Assembly (NCBI GenBank): GCA_044229975.1
Contig: JBGARZ010000024.1
Location: forward strand, 32,001-96,000
DNA: 64,000 bases
DNA from: Polyangiales bacterium
Lineage (GTDB): Bacteria; Myxococcota_A; Polyangia; Polyangiales; Ga0077539
Reading direction: 5' to 3'
The translations under genes and the position numbers were made by a program. How positions within the stretch are numbered: the stretch's first letter is position 1; each line of letters begins with the position of its first letter. Positions 29,261-38,499 of this stretch are shown piece by piece. Below the pieces are notes generated by a model. It had not been told where the DNA came from. It did no database searches and saw only the letters and a program-made list of their open reading frames with translations.

Positions 29261-31408
29261 ATGCACATCATCGCCAGCGGGCAGGAGGAGCTCATCCGGC
29301 GCATGGTCGCGCCGCCCCTACCGTCCGGCTGGGAGTTCGCGGGCGCCCGCATCGAGGGGGCCACCGTCGTCGCGCGCTACGGCCGGGCGAGCGATCGCGC
29401 CGTCGCGGTGATGACCCTCGCGCACCCGGCGGCCTCGGAGTCGGCGGTGACCACGCGGCGCTTCGCCGTGCACTGGCGCCTCTCGCCCGGCGCACGCGAC
29501 GCGGCAGCCCTCGCCCGCGCCGTGATCGTCTCGGTGCGCGCCACCGAGGAGGGCTTCGTCTGGACGCTGCCCCCCGCGCCGACCGCCGAGGTGGCGCCCG
29601 CACCACCACCGCCGCCCGCACCACCACCGCCCGACCCGGCGCTCGCACTCATCGAGGAGGCGCTCGCGACCATCGAGGCATCCCCGGTCGGGGAGGCGCT
29701 CGTCGACGGATCGACGCTCACGGCCGCCGCGGACGAGTGGGGCAACGTGGTGCTCGACCTCGCGCGACCCGACGGCGGACGACTGGAGGTGCGCCTCGGA
29801 CCGGCGCAACGCAGCGTCGTCGCCACGTGGACCAGCGCGGGCGACGATGGCTCCGATCCGCGCCGTCACCCGCAGCCCGCGGCCCGGTGGTTTGCCGTCG
29901 CGGCGCGGGTGTTTCCCCACCTCGCGGTCGACGTGAGCGACACGGTGGAGGCGCGCGACCGCGTCGTGCTCGACCCCGTCGGCGTGGCCGAGCTGCTCGC
30001 GCCGGACGTCGCGCTCGGCGGTGCATCCATCGCGGGTCATCGGCTCGTGGCGGTTCGCACCCCGCGCGCCGACGGATCGTCCTCGACCCTGGGGCGCGTG
30101 CGGTTGGAGTTCTCCCAGAGCGACATGGGCGAGTCGCTGGAGGTCGTCGTCGCGCCGGCCGCGGCGCTCGACCCGGTGTTTGCGAGCCACGCGGGCGTCG
30201 GCGTCGGGATGCTGCACTTCGGGCACGCCGATCGTGGTGGCGCCAAGGCGCGGGCCGCGCTGCTCTGCTCGCACCTCGCCGCGCTGCTCGCCCGCAAGCT
30301 CCGGGTCGGCGCGACGGTGGTGGTCCCGTCCGAGGCCGCGGCGGTGCGGCTGCTCGACGGGCGCGCTGCGACGGCATCGGTCCGCGACGAGGTGCTCAAC
30401 CTCAACCTCGACGCCGAGTGCGGGCAGCGCTGCACCTTCTGCCCCATCAAGAGCTTCGTCCCCTCCCACGACGGCGGCGCGCAGGAGCTGGAGTCCCTGC
30501 GGCTCCAGATCCAGGCGGCGGCGGCACGCGGTCAGCGACGGGCGCGGCTCAACGGCATCGACCCGCTGGCCTTCTCGCGCGTGCTCGACCTGGCCTCAGC
30601 CCTGCGCGACGCGGGCTTCGAGTCGCTGGAGGTCATGGGCCCCGGGCGGCGCTTCGCCGACGATGGGTTTCGCCTGGAGTTCCTGCGGAGGAGCCCCGCG
30701 CACACGGAGGTGGTGGTTCCGCTCTACGGCGTCACGGCCGACCTCCATGACGCCGTCACGGGCGCGCCGGGATCGCACGCCGAGGTGCTCCGCGCCCTCG
30801 ACGGCCTGCGCGCCGACCTCGCACCCGGTCGCCTCGGCCTCGCCACGGTGATCACCCGCCAGAACGTCGACGGCTTCGCCGACCTCGTGCGCTTCGCCCG
30901 CGAACGATCGCTCACCCTCTGGCCGCAGCTCCCGTACCCGCTCCGGCAGACGAAGCACGGCGCCTACGCGGACTCGGCCCTGCCCGAGTCGGAGATCGTC
31001 GCGCGCGTGCTGCGGTCGCTCCACGACGCCGACGCCGACGAGCGGGCCGCGTGCCTCTTCGCGCTCGCCAACGCCATCCGTCACCCGTGCCTGCTGTGGC
31101 GCGCCGAGCGCTCGACGGGCCTCGGCGTCTTCGAGGCCGCGCGCACGCTCCCGCGCCGATCGCTCGCGGGCGTCGCGGTGACGGACGAACACGACCCGCG
31201 CGGTGACGGCGGCGCGCGCAGCCTGACGACGCTCCACGTGGTGCGGACCCCCTGCCCCGAGGCGGGCCGCTGCGCGCTGCTCCCGGCCTGCGCGGGCGAC
31301 CACTACACGGCCTACGGCGAGCGCTTCGGGCTCGATGAGTTTGTCGCGGTGGGGGTGTGGGACCTCGCGCTGGCTCCCCTCCGACGCGACGACTACCGTC
31401 CGCCCTGA
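29261..31408 (+). CDS. Radical SAM protein with long N-terminal extension
   Basis: CGQRCTFC; HDAVTG.PGS; C-terminal C...RC...C.G..Y..FG..EF; GGAG RBS before the ATG at 29261. Confidence 0.8.
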   Translation: MHIIASGQEELIRRMVAPPLPSGWEFAGARIEGATVVARYGRASDRAVAVMTLAHPAASESAVTTRRFAVHWRLSPGARDAAALARAVIVSVRATEEGFVWTLPPAPTAEVAPAPPPPPAPPPPDPALALIEEALATIEASPVGEALVDGSTLTAAADEWGNVVLDLARPDGGRLEVRLGPAQRSVVATWTSAGDDGSDPRRHPQPAARWFAVAARVFPHLAVDVSDTVEARDRVVLDPVGVAELLAPDVALGGASIAGHRLVAVRTPRADGSSSTLGRVRLEFSQSDMGESLEVVVAPAAALDPVFASHAGVGVGMLHFGHADRGGAKARAALLCSHLAALLARKLRVGATVVVPSEAAAVRLLDGRAATASVRDEVLNLNLDAECGQRCTFCPIKSFVPSHDGGAQELESLRLQIQAAAARGQRRARLNGIDPLAFSRVLDLASALRDAGFESLEVMGPGRRFADDGFRLEFLRRSPAHTEVVVPLYGVTADLHDAVTGAPGSHAEVLRALDGLRADLAPGRLGLATVITRQNVDGFADLVRFARERSLTLWPQLPYPLRQTKHGAYADSALPESEIVARVLRSLHDADADERAACLFALANAIRHPCLLWRAERSTGLGVFEAARTLPRRSLAGVAVTDEHDPRGDGGARSLTTLHVVRTPCPEAGRCALLPACAGDHYTAYGERFGLDEFVAVGVWDLALAPLRRDDYRPP

Positions 31409-33222
31409 TGCGTGACCTGCTCGCATGTTGGTCGCTCCTGCTGTTGGGGTGCGGCCAGGACCCGCTCCGCGGGCTGACCCTCGCGGCCGAAGACCCGCTG
31501 CCACCGACCCGGAGCGGCACGGCCCACCTGTCGCGCCTGCTGGTGCGAAACGGGCGGGTCTACGGCGGCAACGGCTCCGCCGGTCTGATGTCCTGGCAGG
31601 TGGACGGAGGGCGGCGCCTGACCCCGCGCTCGTCCACCGAGCCGATCGGGCAGGGGTCTCCCTCGACCGAACCCTCCACGGTTCCGCGCTGCGTCGCCAT
31701 GGCCATCGCCCCCGACGGGCGCTGGCTCTATTGCAGCGCCGCCGACTCCGGGGTCGCGGTGTTCGACCTGAGCGACCCCGACCACCCCGTGGTGGTCGAG
31801 CGCGGGGCCCTGACACCGCAGGACGACCTCGGGTACGCCGACCTGCGGGTGGTCGACGGCGCGCTCCTCGTGGCGGCCTTCGACCGCGGACTCCTGCGCG
31901 GCCCCATCGGCGCGGACGGCCGCCCCGGGCCCTGGCAACCCACCGGCATCGAGGGGAACGTCGTCGCCGTCGGCGGTGGCAACGGCGACGCGCTCGTGGC
32001 GCTCGACCGGCGGCGCGGACTGCTGCACCTCGCCTCCGCGGACGGCGCCCTGCGGTTGCGCGGGATCCTCTCCCTGGACGGCCCGCCGCTCGGGGTGACG
32101 GCCCACGGCACCCGCGCGGCCGTCGCGCTGGGTTCGTCCGGGGTGATCCTCGTGGACCTCTCCGCCGACAGCCCGCGCATCGTCCGCCGGGTGAGCCCGC
32201 CCTGCGTCGCGACCCGGGCGGACTTCACGGACACCTCCCTCGCCGTCGCGTGCTCGACCGGCGCGTGGCTCTATGACCTGCGCGGGACCGAGCCCAGGGT
32301 CGCGGACTTCGACCCGGCCGAGTACGGCGTCCTCGACGTGGCCTTCAGCGACGAGGGCCGCACGCTGTGGGTCGCCGACTGGCGCACGCTGCTGGCGTTT
32401 GGCGTCGACCCGACGGGCCACGCGTACCTCCCCGACGTCTCCGGCGGCGCGTACCTCCAGCCGGGAGGCACGGCGACGGTCGCGGCGCGCAACCCCGGCG
32501 ACGTCTCCCTCACCTTCGCCTTCTCCCGGGTGGTCGAAGGCGACCAGGGGGTGGAGATCGAGGCCATCGGAGAGGCCGTCGCCCGGCCCGGCGAGGTGGT
32601 GCGCTTCCGCGTGGCGGGCGCGCAGCTCGCGGCGTGGTCCGACCCGCGACAGCGGTCGACACGGTTCCTGGTGACGAGCCGCGAGTCGGTCGCATGGCAG
32701 CGGCCCGCGCAGGGCATCGCCCGCTTCGTCGTGGCCGATCACGGACTGCCCGGCGATCGTCCGCCCGCGGAGGGAGAGACCTTCCCGCACTGGAACGCCC
32801 GGCCCGGCGCCCCCGGCCCGGCGTCTCTCCCGCCCACCGGCCCGAGCGACCTCGTGCTGCTGCTCCCCGACTGCGCGCTCCAGTGGGGCGCCATCGAAGA
32901 CCTGGCCTGGCAGCGGCGCAACGGCCGCCTGCTCCCCAACCGGCAGCTCGTCATGCTCAGTCTCTCGTTCGGGCGAGAGCTCGACGAACCCTCCCGCATC
33001 CAGGCGCTCCGGCGCCTCGACGCCGCCGAGCTCGGCGGCTACGCCCTCGGCGACTACCTGGGCGACCTCACCATGGGCCAATCGAGCGGCGCGTTCATCG
33101 ACCGCGCCTTCTCCTCCCGCTTCATCGGCGGCGGGGACTTCACCGAGGTGTTCAGCCTCGACGCCGCGGGCGTCCTCCAGCACACCGACCGCATCTACCG
33201 CGGCACCTGGCCCCTGCGCTGA
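31408..33222 (+). CDS. Beta-propeller (LVIVD-like) lipoprotein
   Basis: TGATG coupling; lipobox LLGC; GVAVFDLSDPDHP and GVILVDLS repeats. Confidence 0.65.
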   Translation: MRDLLACWSLLLLGCGQDPLRGLTLAAEDPLPPTRSGTAHLSRLLVRNGRVYGGNGSAGLMSWQVDGGRRLTPRSSTEPIGQGSPSTEPSTVPRCVAMAIAPDGRWLYCSAADSGVAVFDLSDPDHPVVVERGALTPQDDLGYADLRVVDGALLVAAFDRGLLRGPIGADGRPGPWQPTGIEGNVVAVGGGNGDALVALDRRRGLLHLASADGALRLRGILSLDGPPLGVTAHGTRAAVALGSSGVILVDLSADSPRIVRRVSPPCVATRADFTDTSLAVACSTGAWLYDLRGTEPRVADFDPAEYGVLDVAFSDEGRTLWVADWRTLLAFGVDPTGHAYLPDVSGGAYLQPGGTATVAARNPGDVSLTFAFSRVVEGDQGVEIEAIGEAVARPGEVVRFRVAGAQLAAWSDPRQRSTRFLVTSRESVAWQRPAQGIARFVVADHGLPGDRPPAEGETFPHWNARPGAPGPASLPPTGPSDLVLLLPDCALQWGAIEDLAWQRRNGRLLPNRQLVMLSLSFGRELDEPSRIQALRRLDAAELGGYALGDYLGDLTMGQSSGAFIDRAFSSRFIGGGDFTEVFSLDAAGVLQHTDRIYRGTWPLR

Positions 33223-33258
33223 CGCCTGAACGTCTCGACGTCATGACGTCTGGACGTT
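33219..33258. repeat. Octamer array C
   Basis: ctgacgcc tgaacgtc tcgacgtc atgacgtc tggacgtt. Confidence 0.85.
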
Positions 33259-33326
33259 GGCGGCTCACCGCCTCGACCCGCGAAGGCCGCTTCCATTAGG
33301 CTCCGACCGCGGAGACATCCGCTGCC

Positions 33327-35204
33327 ATGAGCCTCCTGCGCACCACCTGGTTTCTGTGCCTCGCGCTGTGGCTCGTCGGCGGAGGCTGTAGTCGCCCCGG
33401 AGCGAGGCCCACGGACGACGTCGGCAGCGTCCTCCCCGAGGACGTTCCGCTCAACCCCACCTTCGACATCCCCTCGTTCGACGTCGCCACCGTCCGTGAC
33501 ATCGGCGACGTCGGCGACGTCGTGCTCACCTGCGCGCTCAACCGCGACTGTCCCCGCGGGCAGCGCTGCCTCCAGGGGCGCTGCGTCGAGGACGTCTGCC
33601 TCGCCGCCGAGACCGCCTGCGGCAACGACCGCTGCGACATGCGCTGCGTGCCCATCCGCGACCTCTGCGCGGGCATCACCTGCGGGCCTGGCCAGACCTG
33701 CGTCAACGGCCGGTGCGCGGCCGGGTGCTTCCCCGCGCCGTGCGCCGGGGTGGTCTGCCCGGCGGGGCAGTTCTGCAACGAGGGCACCGGCGCCTGCGCG
33801 CGCATCACCCCGTGCCCGGGCTACTGCGACGACGGGTACGCCTGTCACATCACGTGCACCCCGCGCACGCCCTGCGACGCCGTGACGTGCGCGACCAACG
33901 AGGTGTGCTCCGACGGCCGCTGCGTGCCCAACCGCTGCGCGGGCGTGTCGTGCTCCCCCGGGTCGCTCTGCATCGACGGGAGCTGCGTCGACACCTGCGC
34001 CTGCGCCACGCCCTGCAACCGTTCGCCGCGCGACCGCTGCGTGGTCGGCCGCTGCACCTGCGACCGCACCTGCACCGCGACGACCCGCTGCGGCGCCGAC
34101 GACGGCTGCGGCGGGCGCTGCGTGGGCCCCTGCGAGAACCCCTTCGCCACCTGCGACCCGGTGACCTTCGGCTGCGATTGTGTCCCGCGCTGCGGCACCG
34201 ACCGATCGTGCGGCCAGGACGACGGCTGCGGCTCGCGCTGCACCGAGGGCTGCGCCGCGGGCGAGCGCTGCGACCCCGCCCTGGGGCGCTGCATCTGCAT
34301 CCAGCGGTGCCTGGGCCCCGAGGTGCTCGCGAGCACCTTCTGCGGGGTGCCGGTGCCCAACGTCTGCCCCGACGGACCCGTCTGCGGAACCGGCACCATG
34401 TGCCCCGCCGGGCAGGTCTGCGACCGCAACCTCATGCGCTGCGTGTGCTCGGGGCCCGACTGCCCGCCGCCGAGCGACGCCATGACGCCGCCCACCGGCG
34501 GCGGCGACGGCACCGCCATCTGCCCGATGGGCCTCTCGGCCTGCATGGGCAGTTGTTACAACACCCAGACCGACCGCGATCACTGCGGCGACTGCCGCGG
34601 CGACTGCCCCGACGACACCACCTGCGTGGCCGGCCAGTGCCGGTGCGCGGCGGGGCTCACCCTGTGCGGCGTCCGCTGCGTCAACACGCAGACCGAGAAC
34701 GGCAACTGCGGCACGTGCGGCACCGTCTGCGCCGCCGGCCTCTCCTGCCAGGCCGGGCGCTGCCAGTGCTCCACGGCGTGCGTCGTCGACCTCAACGTCG
34801 TGGCGTGCGGGACGGAGGTTCCGAGCCCGTGCCCGGGCGGGCCCTCGTGCGGGTACGGCCGGCTGTGCCCCGCGGGGCGGTCGTGCGACGTGCGGACGCG
34901 CACCTGCGTGTGCGTCCCCAACTGCCCTCCCGGCGGTCGCTGCGGCAACGCCGACGGCTGCGGCGGAACCTGCGTGGGCAACTGCAGCACCGGCGAGACG
35001 TGCACCCAGGACTCCACCGACCCGCGGCGCTTCTTCTGCTCCGCCGCGGGCTGCGCCGCGGGCTGCCGCTGCGACGAGGTCTGCTCCATGAACCGCTGCG
35101 TGCAGGTCACCTGCGCGGGCGGCGACCGGCCGTGCCCCTGCGTGTGCTGCCCCTTCGGCGAGATGTGCGTCGGCGGGAGCACCTGCGTCCCGATTCCGCC
35201 GTAG
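33327..35204 (+). CDS. Cys-rich repeat lipoprotein (myxobacterial type)
   Basis: Signal peptide ending GGGC; repeats C.GV.C..G..C..G.C, CG.DDGCGG.C, CVNTQT...NCG.CG..C. Confidence 0.85.
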   Translation: MSLLRTTWFLCLALWLVGGGCSRPGARPTDDVGSVLPEDVPLNPTFDIPSFDVATVRDIGDVGDVVLTCALNRDCPRGQRCLQGRCVEDVCLAAETACGNDRCDMRCVPIRDLCAGITCGPGQTCVNGRCAAGCFPAPCAGVVCPAGQFCNEGTGACARITPCPGYCDDGYACHITCTPRTPCDAVTCATNEVCSDGRCVPNRCAGVSCSPGSLCIDGSCVDTCACATPCNRSPRDRCVVGRCTCDRTCTATTRCGADDGCGGRCVGPCENPFATCDPVTFGCDCVPRCGTDRSCGQDDGCGSRCTEGCAAGERCDPALGRCICIQRCLGPEVLASTFCGVPVPNVCPDGPVCGTGTMCPAGQVCDRNLMRCVCSGPDCPPPSDAMTPPTGGGDGTAICPMGLSACMGSCYNTQTDRDHCGDCRGDCPDDTTCVAGQCRCAAGLTLCGVRCVNTQTENGNCGTCGTVCAAGLSCQAGRCQCSTACVVDLNVVACGTEVPSPCPGGPSCGYGRLCPAGRSCDVRTRTCVCVPNCPPGGRCGNADGCGGTCVGNCSTGETCTQDSTDPRRFFCSAAGCAAGCRCDEVCSMNRCVQVTCAGGDRPCPCVCCPFGEMCVGGSTCVPIPP

Positions 35205-35209
35205 CGGCG

Positions 35210-35776
35210 CTACGTCGCGTCGGCTTCGAGCGCGCCCGCGAGGGCGTGCAGCGCGAGGGCGTGCACCTCCTGGATGCGCGCCACCACGGACGAGGGCACC
35301 GAGATCACCGCGTCGGCGTGGGCCGCGAGGGGGGTGTTCTCGGCGCGGCCCGTGAGCGCCACGACGGCGCAGCCGAGCGAGCGGGCGGCGGCGGCGGCGG
35401 CGACCGCGTTGGGCGAGCGGCCGCTGGTGGAGAGCGCGACGAGCACGTCGCCGGGGCGGGCGAGGGCCTCGACCTGGCGCGCGAAGACCCGCGAGAAGTC
35501 CGAGTCGTTGGCGACGGCGGTGAGGGTGACGGTGTCTGCGGTGAGGGCGACGGCGGCGATGGGCGCGCGGTCGACGCGGTAGCGCCCAACGAGCTCGGCG
35601 GCGAAGTGCTGGGCCGAGGCGGCGCTGCCTCCGTTGCCGCAGACGAGCACCTTGGCGCCGGGGCGGGCGAGCGCGGCGCGCAGGAGACCAGAGGCGCGGT
35701 CGACCTCCGCGGGCAGCGTCGCGCGGCAGTCGTCGAGGACGCGCCGCAGCTCGTCGAGTTCATCCAGCAGGGACAT
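35210..35776 (-). CDS. gmhA: Phosphoheptose isomerase
   Basis: CGNGGSAASAQHFAAEL, TAVAND, FARQVEAL, STSGRSPN, ARIQEVH. Confidence 0.92.
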   Translation of the reverse strand: MSLLDELDELRRVLDDCRATLPAEVDRASGLLRAALARPGAKVLVCGNGGSAASAQHFAAELVGRYRVDRAPIAAVALTADTVTLTAVANDSDFSRVFARQVEALARPGDVLVALSTSGRSPNAVAAAAAARSLGCAVVALTGRAENTPLAAHADAVISVPSSVVARIQEVHALALHALAGALEADAT

Positions 35777-35827
35777 GGCGGTGGGCGATCATCGGCCACA
35801 ACACCGCCGGGACGAAGGCGGTCAATT

Positions 35828-35969
35828 CGGGCATCTAGACGTCCAGACCTCTGGACGCCTGAACTACCGGGCAACGAAAACACCTTCATCCATCGGTGTT
35901 TTCGAGTGGCGATGGCGCGCCGGGGTGATTGAACGTCTAGACGGCTTGGACCCTGGAGGACTAGACGTC
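35828..35969. repeat. Two octamer sub-arrays (D1, D2) around a 10-bp inverted repeat upstream of parA; candidate centromere/operator
   Basis: tagacgtc cagacctc tggacgcc tgaactac; CGAAAACACC-N10-GGTGTTTTCG at 35875-35904; tgaacgtc tagacggc ttggaccc tggaggac tagacgtc. Confidence 0.75.
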
Positions 35970-35976
35970 TCGCCCT

Positions 35977-36666
35977 GTGATCGTTGCACTGACTGGACAG
36001 AAGGGCGGCGTCGGCAAGAGCACCCTGGCGATCTGCATCGCCGCAGAGCTGCTCGAACGACGCCACAAGGTGCTGCTCGTCGACGCCGACCCGCAGGGGA
36101 CCATCCGCACCTGGGGCGAGGTCGCGGCCGAGGCCGGGCGCGCGATGCCGACCATCGTCTCCATGGGGTCGACGATGCACCGGCCCGAGCAGCTGCCGAC
36201 GGTTCGGCAGGGCTACGACGACGTCATCATCGACTGCCCGCCGCGCCACGGGGACATCCAGCGCTCGGCCCTCATGGCGGCCGACCTGGCGCTGTTGCCG
36301 TGCGGTCCGTCGTCGGCCGACGCGTGGGCGCTCGCCGCGAGCATCGACCTCGTCAACGAGGCCCGCTCGCTGCGAACCGACCTCGAAGCCCGCATCGTCA
36401 TCACCCGCAGGCAGGTGCGAACCGCCCTCGGACGCAGCGCCCGCGAGGAGCTGGAGAAGAGCGGCGTCGAGCTGCTCAAGGCCGAGCTCGGGTACCGCGT
36501 GGCCTACGCCGAGTCGCTCGGCGCGGGGCAGGGCGTGACCACGTACGCCCCGAAGGACGCGGCGGCGCTGGAGATCCGCGCGCTCGTGGGCGAGCTGCTC
36601 GCGTGGGAGAAGCAGCGGGTCGCGGTCGAAGAGACGCCGAAGGCGAAGGTCGCGCGCAAGCGTTAG
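35977..36666 (+). CDS. parA: Short ParA/ParF-type partition ATPase
   Basis: QKGGVGKST, VDADPQG, IIDCPP; no N-terminal HTH. Confidence 0.92.
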   Translation: MIVALTGQKGGVGKSTLAICIAAELLERRHKVLLVDADPQGTIRTWGEVAAEAGRAMPTIVSMGSTMHRPEQLPTVRQGYDDVIIDCPPRHGDIQRSALMAADLALLPCGPSSADAWALAASIDLVNEARSLRTDLEARIVITRRQVRTALGRSAREELEKSGVELLKAELGYRVAYAESLGAGQGVTTYAPKDAAALEIRALVGELLAWEKQRVAVEETPKAKVARKR

Positions 36667-38471
36667 TCGGGCTGCACCGTACGCAGCTCGCGGTCGCCGT
36701 GGAGGTCGCGGTAGCTGCGGCGCAGGCCGTAGCAGCGCTGGGCGAGCGCGCAACCGTCGCACGCCGACGGGTGGACGAACTCGCCCTGGTCGTAGTCCTC
36801 GGGGATCTCGCCGAGGAGCGCGGGCCGGGCCTCGGCAGGAACAAGGCACAGCGGGATGCCGCACATGGAGTCGAAGCCCCGCACGTCGACCTTGAGGGCG
36901 GACGCCTCGGCGAGCGCGACGAAGAGCTGCGGGAGCACGTCGGCGTAGCGCGGGACGAGGGCGGTGGGCACCACGTCGCTCGACGCGAACACGAAGGACA
37001 CGTTGAGAATCGCCCGCGGCCAGCGCGCGGCCACGAGGCGCACCATCGGGAGCAGCGCGTCGCGGTTGGCGGCCATGAGCACGAAGTTGATGACCAGCGT
37101 GACGTCCTCGTGGCGGTGGAGCTGGTCGAGGCCGAGGAGGGTTTTGACGAAGGTTCCGGGGGACTCGGTGAGGGCGTCGGAGAGCTCGGCGGTGTCGGCG
37201 TGCAGCGAGACCATCACCCACCCAACCCCCGCGGCGACGAGCGCGTCGGTGAGCGCCGGGTCGGCGAGGCGCACGGCGTTGGTCTGGAGCGCCACCACGT
37301 GGGGGCCGTGGGCGCGGGCGAGGGCGACGTACTCGACGAGGCGCGGGTTGAGCGTGGGCTCGCCGCCGGTGAGGCTCACGCGGCGACCGGCGCGGGCGGC
37401 CGTGACGATGGCGTCGCGCACGGCGGCGTCGGTGGCGGGCGGCAGGTGCGTCGACACGAAGCAGAACGCGCACGACTGGTTGCAGTGGAAGTTCACGCGG
37501 ACGAGGGTCTCGTCGACGACCTCGCCGGTGACCTGGTCGGTGTAGCGGCTGGGCTGCGCGAGCTCGCGGCGCACCTGGTCTTCGACCGTGTCGATGAGCG
37601 AGAGCCGACGGCGCACGCGGTCTTCCGTGATGGGGCGCAGCGCGACGCCCGGGTGGCGCGCGAGGTAGGCCGTGGGGACGCCCGGGCAACGATCGCGCAG
37701 CGAGCACCGACTGCAGGGCGGAGGGTGCGCGCGGTCGGCGCGGGGCGCAGCGCCGGGCGTGAGCGCATAGAGGCTCGACACGGCCGCGGGCTGCGGGAAG
37801 AAGCAGGGCGGCGGGCCGCTGTCGGGCGACAGCTTGAACGACAGCCCCGCGCGGCGGGCCGAGGCGTGGGCGGCCGAGAGGGCGGCGCACGCCTCCTCGT
37901 AGGTCACGAGCTGCGAGGGGTCGGGTGACTCCGTGGGGACGCGCACGCGCAGACCGCGCAGCGACGGGCCCAGCGCGTCGACGAGCTGCTCGGGGAGCGC
38001 GCCGAGGGAGTTCAGGGTCGCGCGGATGACCACGGCGGAGACCTCCACCGCCACGCCCGCGGCGAGCAGCGCGCGGATGCCGGCGAGGGTGCGTGCGAAG
38101 CCGCCCGGGTCGCGGGTGATGGCGTCGAGGGCGTCGCCCCAGGCGGTGAGGTTGACCCGCGCGAGGGTGAGCCCGGCGACGTGGAGGGCGCGGGCGCGGT
38201 CGGCGTCGAGGAGGGTGGCGTTGGTCTCCAGCGTGACCTCGGTCGCACCACCTCGACGGGCCTCGGCGATGAGGCCGGGGAGGTCGTTGCGCATCCCGGG
38301 CTCGCCGCCGGAGATCACCACCTCGCGTACCGTCTGCGCGGCGGCGTCACGCAAGCGGGCGAGCACGGCGCCGGTGTGGATCTCCGCGCGCGATTCGGCC
38401 ACCACGCGAACGTTGCAGTAGGTGCAGTTCTGGTTGCAGGTGCGGTGCGTGGTGATGAGCTGTGAGCGCAC
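36663..38471 (-). CDS. Tandem double radical SAM protein
   Basis: CNQNCTYC/SGGEP/ETNA and CNQSCAFC/TGGEP/QTNA; each half ends in CxxCx5CxG. Confidence 0.88.
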   Translation of the reverse strand: MRSQLITTHRTCNQNCTYCNVRVVAESRAEIHTGAVLARLRDAAAQTVREVVISGGEPGMRNDLPGLIAEARRGGATEVTLETNATLLDADRARALHVAGLTLARVNLTAWGDALDAITRDPGGFARTLAGIRALLAAGVAVEVSAVVIRATLNSLGALPEQLVDALGPSLRGLRVRVPTESPDPSQLVTYEEACAALSAAHASARRAGLSFKLSPDSGPPPCFFPQPAAVSSLYALTPGAAPRADRAHPPPCSRCSLRDRCPGVPTAYLARHPGVALRPITEDRVRRRLSLIDTVEDQVRRELAQPSRYTDQVTGEVVDETLVRVNFHCNQSCAFCFVSTHLPPATDAAVRDAIVTAARAGRRVSLTGGEPTLNPRLVEYVALARAHGPHVVALQTNAVRLADPALTDALVAAGVGWVMVSLHADTAELSDALTESPGTFVKTLLGLDQLHRHEDVTLVINFVLMAANRDALLPMVRLVAARWPRAILNVSFVFASSDVVPTALVPRYADVLPQLFVALAEASALKVDVRGFDSMCGIPLCLVPAEARPALLGEIPEDYDQGEFVHPSACDGCALAQRCYGLRRSYRDLHGDRELRTVQPD

Positions 38472-38499
38472 CGGGCGTTCCTCCGGAAGGGGGGAGCGG

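Noticed and set aside
29570..29640. ccaccaccgccgccc repeats
   Set aside because: A Pro/Ala linker inside a CDS.
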